From the NCBI GenBank assembly GCA_963668025.2, contig CAXXTH010000017.1:1152001-1216000 (forward strand): a DNA stretch of 64,000 nucleotides. Reading direction: 5' to 3'. This DNA is from Candidatus Hydrogenedentota bacterium (GTDB taxonomy: Bacteria > Hydrogenedentota > Hydrogenedentia > Hydrogenedentales > SLHB01). A program made the translations under genes and the position numbers. Positions 59,535 to 64,000 of the stretch are shown here, piece by piece. How positions within the stretch are numbered: the first letter of the stretch is position 1; the number at the start of each line of letters is the position of its first letter. Below the pieces are notes generated by a model that was not told where the DNA came from, searched no databases, and worked only from the letters and a program-made list of their open reading frames with translations.

Positions 59535-60515
59535 TTATGTCCATATGCCGTGGATCTCCGCATTGCAGCCCGGGCAGCGCCCGTTCCGCACTTCGTTGCG
59601 CAAAATCGAGAAGCCTTTCCGTTCGATGAGCAGCATGCCACATGCGGGGCAATGGGTGTTCTCCCCGCTGGGACTCAGCACGTTGCCGATATAAACATAC
59701 TGCATCCCTTCACCGCGTGCGATATTTCGGGCGCGTTCGAGGGTCTCGGTGGGCGTGGGTGGCAGATGTTGCATCTGGTACTGGGGGAAAAACCGGGAAA
59801 AATGCAGGGGGGTGTCCACCCCAAGGTTCCGTGCGTGCCACCGGCACAAATCGCGCAAATCCGCATCGCTGTCATTGAGCGTGGGAATGACAAGGTTCGT
59901 CACCTCCACCCAAATGCCCAATTCCTTCGATTGCACCAAAGCGTCCTGCACGGGCTTCAACGTCGCGCCGCATATCGTGCGGTAGAAATCGTCGCGTATG
60001 CTCTTCAGGTCAATGTTCGCCGCATCCGTAACCCGCCCGATGCGCGCCAATGGCTCGGGATTGATATAGCCCGCCGTCACCAGCACATTTTTTAGTCCTG
60101 CTTTGCGGGCTGCCAGCGAGCAATCATATGCGTATTCGTAATACGCAATAGGGTCCGTATATGTATAGGCAATGGACAGGCAGCCATTCTCTACTGCAAG
60201 CTGCGCGGCCTCCACTGGCGAAAGGGCTTTGGCTTCCAAATCTTCCGGATTCGCCTGGGATATCTCCCAGTTTTGGCAGTTCTTGCAATGCAGATTGCAG
60301 CCCACGGTAGCCAGCGAAAAAATGGAGGTGCCCGGCAGGAAATGGAATAGCGGTTTTTTCTCGACGGGATCTACATGAACGGCGCACGGGTGGCCATAGG
60401 TGGCCGCCACGAGCCGCCCATCCATATTGAAACGAATCCGGCACTCGCCTCGCTGTCCGGGCCCAATGACGCAGCCTTTTGGGCATAAATCACATTGCAA
60501 GTCCATGATGCACAC
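59535..60515 (-). CDS. AmmeMemoRadiSam radical SAM enzyme
   Basis: CDLCP..C, DPVEKKPLFHF.PG, CNLHCKNC, PLHFSRFFP, YVYIGNV, terminal CxxC pairs. Confidence 0.93.
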   Translation of the reverse strand: MCIMDLQCDLCPKGCVIGPGQRGECRIRFNMDGRLVAATYGHPCAVHVDPVEKKPLFHFLPGTSIFSLATVGCNLHCKNCQNWEISQANPEDLEAKALSPVEAAQLAVENGCLSIAYTYTDPIAYYEYAYDCSLAARKAGLKNVLVTAGYINPEPLARIGRVTDAANIDLKSIRDDFYRTICGATLKPVQDALVQSKELGIWVEVTNLVIPTLNDSDADLRDLCRWHARNLGVDTPLHFSRFFPQYQMQHLPPTPTETLERARNIARGEGMQYVYIGNVLSPSGENTHCPACGMLLIERKGFSILRNEVRNGRCPGCNAEIHGIWT

Positions 60516-60684
60516 TCACTTCACGCCATCATCATAGCATAAAACGCTTGTTTGCCGGATTAACGATGGGTGTGCTAGAGTGGCCTTTTATTTGGAATTC
60601 ACCATGCGCGCGGATATGCCTCAAGCATATGAGTATCAGCGGGCCCGCGTTTGAAGTGCTTCTCGAACATAAGGGGATGGGGAA

Positions 60685-61599
60685 TTGTCTTCAATCGATA
60701 CAGTGGATCTGGCGCAATACGATTTCCTGGATTTCGGCTCATCGAAGGGGGCTTCGACGGATTTCGCCCAGCATCATCTCGGGGGCAAGCGCGGCCTTGG
60801 CCTCGATTTTGATCCGCGCAAGGTCGAAGAAGCCACGCAAGAAGGCTATGAATGCGTCTGCACCAATCTGATCGAGGTGGATTTGCCCGAAAAATGCGTG
60901 GACTTCGTGATAGTGAACCACCTCCTCGAGCATTTACACAGCATCCCGCAAATCCGCAAAGTGATCGAAAACGCGCTGCGCTCCGCCCGAAATTTCGTGT
61001 TTATCGGCGGGCCATGGTTCGACGCGGACGAGTATCTGAGCAGCCTGGGCTTCAAATTCTACTGGTCCGACTGGCATCACCACCGCGTGCATGTGACGTG
61101 CGAACTGCTAACACGCCTGTTTCGGCAATTGGGCGTGAAGGACTACGCCTTTCTCGGAAGCGAGCGCATTTACGATTCCATGCATTCGACCATCCACCCG
61201 TTTGAAGCCCCGCCGAACCAGCATCATTACAAAGAAGCGCATGGATTCAAACCCTACATGCGGTTTTCGAAGCCATTGTTTCGCGAGATGATGTGCCTGG
61301 TGTATTTGCAGGATTTTCCAGGCAGGGAAGGGCTGTTGACCATGGCGGATGGCGTGTGTCCGATTCAGCCGCTGTTCGAGGAGCGCCTCAACCATGAGCA
61401 CCTCTATACAAAGGATGACATCATCAATGATCAAATTGTTCTTTCTTGGATGCTCCGCGAGCGTCTCGAAAAAGAACGCTTAAAAAATGAATTGCTCGCC
61501 AAAGGGATTCCCGTACAAGAAGAGGATGTGGCGAATACGCCTACGCGGCTCACTCGGTTTTTGGATTTCTTCCGCAAACAGGCCCGCAACGGCGGATAG
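60685..61599 (+). CDS. Class I SAM-dependent methyltransferase-like protein
   Basis: FLDFGSSKG, GLD, NHLLEHL. Confidence 0.7.
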   Translation: MSSIDTVDLAQYDFLDFGSSKGASTDFAQHHLGGKRGLGLDFDPRKVEEATQEGYECVCTNLIEVDLPEKCVDFVIVNHLLEHLHSIPQIRKVIENALRSARNFVFIGGPWFDADEYLSSLGFKFYWSDWHHHRVHVTCELLTRLFRQLGVKDYAFLGSERIYDSMHSTIHPFEAPPNQHHYKEAHGFKPYMRFSKPLFREMMCLVYLQDFPGREGLLTMADGVCPIQPLFEERLNHEHLYTKDDIINDQIVLSWMLRERLEKERLKNELLAKGIPVQEEDVANTPTRLTRFLDFFRKQARNGG

Positions 61600-61614
61600 G
61601 AGCTTGGCGGCCAT

Positions 61615-62499
61615 ATGCCGAACCTCGGAAACGAAGCGGATATGCGCCCTTGTCCCGAAAACGCCCCTCTCGTCTCGGTCATTCTCACCAGTTACAATCA
61701 TGAGCCTTATATCGCGGAAGCTATCCGGAGCGTTTTTGCACAGAGCTACCGGCCCATGGAGCTTGTCGTCGTGGATGATGGCTCGAAAGACGGCTCGCGC
61801 GGCGTAATCGAAGAGGTGTTGCGCGATGCGCCCATTCCCGCCACGCCAGTATTCAAAGAAAACGGCGGGCAGGCCAGCGCCTACAACGCCGCCTGGCCCC
61901 ATGCCAGGGGAAGCCTGGTCTGTTTTATTGACAGTGATGATGTGTGGCTGCCGGACAAGGTGGAACGCATGGTTTCCTTCTGGCGGGAACACCCGGGCGG
62001 GGCGCTCTATCAACACCAGGTGCTCGTGGGCGGCGGGGTGAGCCGGCATGAATTGGTTTCCGGCGATATGCTCGCCTATTGGAGCCAATATGGCGGCGTG
62101 CTCAACATCGCTACACACGGCAGCCTCATGAAGCGGTTCGTGCCGTCGGTAGGGCTCATGTTCCCAAAGGCTATATTGGAGCGCCTGTTCCCCATGCCCG
62201 AAACGCTGGTGGTCTGCCCCGATGGCTACCTCACGCGCACGGCCTGCGCCTTGGGGCCGCTCTATTCGCTCGACACGCCATTGGCGCGCTGGCGCGATCA
62301 TGAGCGGAACTCGGGAAAGGCTTCCTGCTTCAGCTTCTACCGGTACTGGCTGCCGGTGGTCATGCCCGCCGTCAATGCGTTCTACGAAGCCCATGATGTG
62401 CCGCTGCGCTTTGTATACGACACATCCTCGTGGCATGCCAAACTATGCGATTGGGCCACCCGCTGGCGGCAATGGAAACGACAATGGCTGCGAAAATAA
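61615..62499 (+). CDS. Glycosyltransferase family 2
   Basis: VSVILTSYN, VVDDGS.D, ENGGQ, FIDSDD. Confidence 0.9.
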   Translation: MPNLGNEADMRPCPENAPLVSVILTSYNHEPYIAEAIRSVFAQSYRPMELVVVDDGSKDGSRGVIEEVLRDAPIPATPVFKENGGQASAYNAAWPHARGSLVCFIDSDDVWLPDKVERMVSFWREHPGGALYQHQVLVGGGVSRHELVSGDMLAYWSQYGGVLNIATHGSLMKRFVPSVGLMFPKAILERLFPMPETLVVCPDGYLTRTACALGPLYSLDTPLARWRDHERNSGKASCFSFYRYWLPVVMPAVNAFYEAHDVPLRFVYDTSSWHAKLCDWATRWRQWKRQWLRK

Positions 62500-62520
62500 G
62501 AAACCGGGTAACAAAACCGG

Positions 62521-62817
62521 GTAACACTTTAGCCAACTGAAGCAAAAGCACTGGGCCGTTTATCAAACCGCGAATAGATACGAATATACGCAAATACCTG
62601 GTAAACTTCCGCTAATGAGAGATTTTTTGGACAGGATTTACAAGATGGACAAGATTTTTATAATGGCAATTCCGCTACATGAAAAATACACGCTTTTTCA
62701 TGGTTTAGCTTTATAAAGAATCGTTGTGATCTTGTTCAATGTGATCTTGTTCAATCTTGTCCATCTTGTTAATCATGTCTAAAGAACTGCTCTTGCTTCA
62801 GTCGACTAAAGTATTAC
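62521..62817. mobile_element. MITE-like element, copy B
   Basis: 30-bp TIR GTAACACTTTAGCCAACTGAAGCAAAAGCA versus GTAATACTTTAGTCGACTGAAGCAAGAGCA (26/30); GAAACCGG on both flanks (62500-62507, 62818-62825) with a 13-bp duplication at the left junction. Confidence 0.8.
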
Positions 62818-62938
62818 GAAACCGGAGAGCTTCCGGATGCGGAACAATCCGTGGAATCCGGGCAAACCGCTTCGTGGCGAATCCTCACGGCTCTTTCTCT
62901 ACAAAGCCACGTTTTCCATATATCCGAGCTGTCCCGCG

Positions 62939-63943
62939 CTATTGGTTCTTTTGTAGCTTTTCCTTGAAGTTGTAATGCGCGGCATATTGGCCCGCTTTGT
63001 AGAGCGCGCACGCTACGAGGGCATATCCAACAAGAAAGGCGAAAGAAAAGGCGATGCTTGTCGCGATGCCGTGTAATTGCGCGGTAGACGAAAGAGAAAA
63101 AACGACCTTTGTCGCGCTGCTGCTTATTAATTGCGTGGCGGACGAAGAGGACTCCAGCTTCGTCAGATGGTCAATATTCGCCACCGTCGATGAAAAAAAC
63201 ATCCATATAACCCACCAGCCTGCCGCGGTTCCCATCGCCCGGGCTTGTCGAGGCGGCCGGTCACACCACCAGAGCCATGTCATGCATATGAACACGGGAG
63301 ATGCGGTTATACTTATCATGATAAGCATCAAAAGGCCCTGTGGCCACATCGATCCTGATCCTGATACAGGTGTTGTGTTGAACAAGTTCAAGGAAATTCG
63401 TACGAGCGATTGAATTGCTAAAAGAGCCGTTATGGAACCAGCCAAGTATGCGGGATGCCACGTGAGGAACCATGGCGTATGTCCCGCATCCAATCGCCGC
63501 TGGTAGCGCCACAGAAGCAGCCACGAGAAAATAACTGTTAGGACAGAACCAACAGCAAGTAACGCCATTAATACGCCCATATTCCAAGTGGTTGGCCATA
63601 ATCGCCTGACTGCGATTCCCAAGGAGAGGCAGATGATTTCAACTCCCGCAGTAACAATCATCGCCGCCGCCAGCCGCCGGAAAAGGCTCACATTTGTTTC
63701 ATGGCTATGCACTTCTTGAAATAACGCTTTTACTTGCGACGGATCTCCGAAGTGCTCGCGGACAAGGATGAGTGCGTCTTCCTCGGCAAGCGTTTCCTCG
63801 CCATTCAGATACGCGAGCAGCTTATCCTCCATGTGGGCGTACAGCTCCTCCTGGATTTCCGCATCCAAGTTATGAGCCACGGAGATCTTCTTGCACAACG
63901 CCCGCATCTTCTCAGACGTATACGGCTTCAGTTGCTCACCCAT
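62939..63943 (-). CDS. Membrane protein with a permease-prefix-1-like N-terminal domain
   Basis: EIQEELYAHMEDK…EEDA….EHFGDP, then several TM segments; GGAGG RBS. Confidence 0.75.
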   Translation of the reverse strand: MGEQLKPYTSEKMRALCKKISVAHNLDAEIQEELYAHMEDKLLAYLNGEETLAEEDALILVREHFGDPSQVKALFQEVHSHETNVSLFRRLAAAMIVTAGVEIICLSLGIAVRRLWPTTWNMGVLMALLAVGSVLTVIFSWLLLWRYQRRLDAGHTPWFLTWHPAYLAGSITALLAIQSLVRISLNLFNTTPVSGSGSMWPQGLLMLIMISITASPVFICMTWLWWCDRPPRQARAMGTAAGWWVIWMFFSSTVANIDHLTKLESSSSATQLISSSATKVVFSLSSTAQLHGIATSIAFSFAFLVGYALVACALYKAGQYAAHYNFKEKLQKNQ

Positions 63944-64000
63944 TGCGCGCCTCCCCAATCTGTAGAACCATCGGATTGAATGCGTTCCACTCCTTTGTAC
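63936..64000 (-). CDS. Probable C-terminus of a PadR-family regulator (partial)
   Basis: Manual frame …TKEWNAFNPMVLQIGEARNG* overlaps the next start; PadR genes usually precede permease-prefix genes. Confidence 0.45.
   Translation of the reverse strand, partial: TKEWNAFNPMVLQIGEARNG

Noticed and set aside
61480-62436. 318-aa minus-strand ORF
   Set aside because: Antisense to the GT2 gene.
1-64000. tRNA, rRNA, known riboswitches, prophage, DGR or retron
   Set aside because: No recognisable consensus, reverse transcriptase, integrase or phage structural gene by eye; a covariance-model scan was not possible.

Overview
A 64-kb, GC-rich chromosomal window from a diderm bacterium. The gene content (DUF1559 pilin-like protein, alginate-export-type porin, P-V-A-G-like C-terminal sorting tail) suggests Candidatus Hydrogenedentes or a relative; this is inference. 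No rRNA, tRNA or CRISPR array was recognised. Housekeeping and signalling genes: partial comEC, clpP, cls, comF, nth, guaA/guaB, a PAS hybrid kinase, an HDOD/GGDEF cluster and an ECF sigma/anti-sigma pair. Accessory loci: a carbohydrate locus headed by a DUF1559 gene with LacI-type operators, an ATPase plus TOPRIM-like defence candidate, an extended AmmeMemoRadiSam operon and one intact two-ORF IS with TIRs and a 9-bp TSD. Intergenic DNA is dense with REP-like palindromes, three MITE-like elements and a 122-bp tandem array that copies the guaB 3' end. The most striking signal is a candidate -1 programmed ribosomal frameshift in an apparently non-mobile lipoprotein gene (G GGA AAC, then a stop, then a strong hairpin; 16169-16236, minus strand). 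It would join a 100-aa Pro/Ala-rich lipoprotein to an otherwise start-less globular domain. All family calls are by motif recognition; no database search was run.
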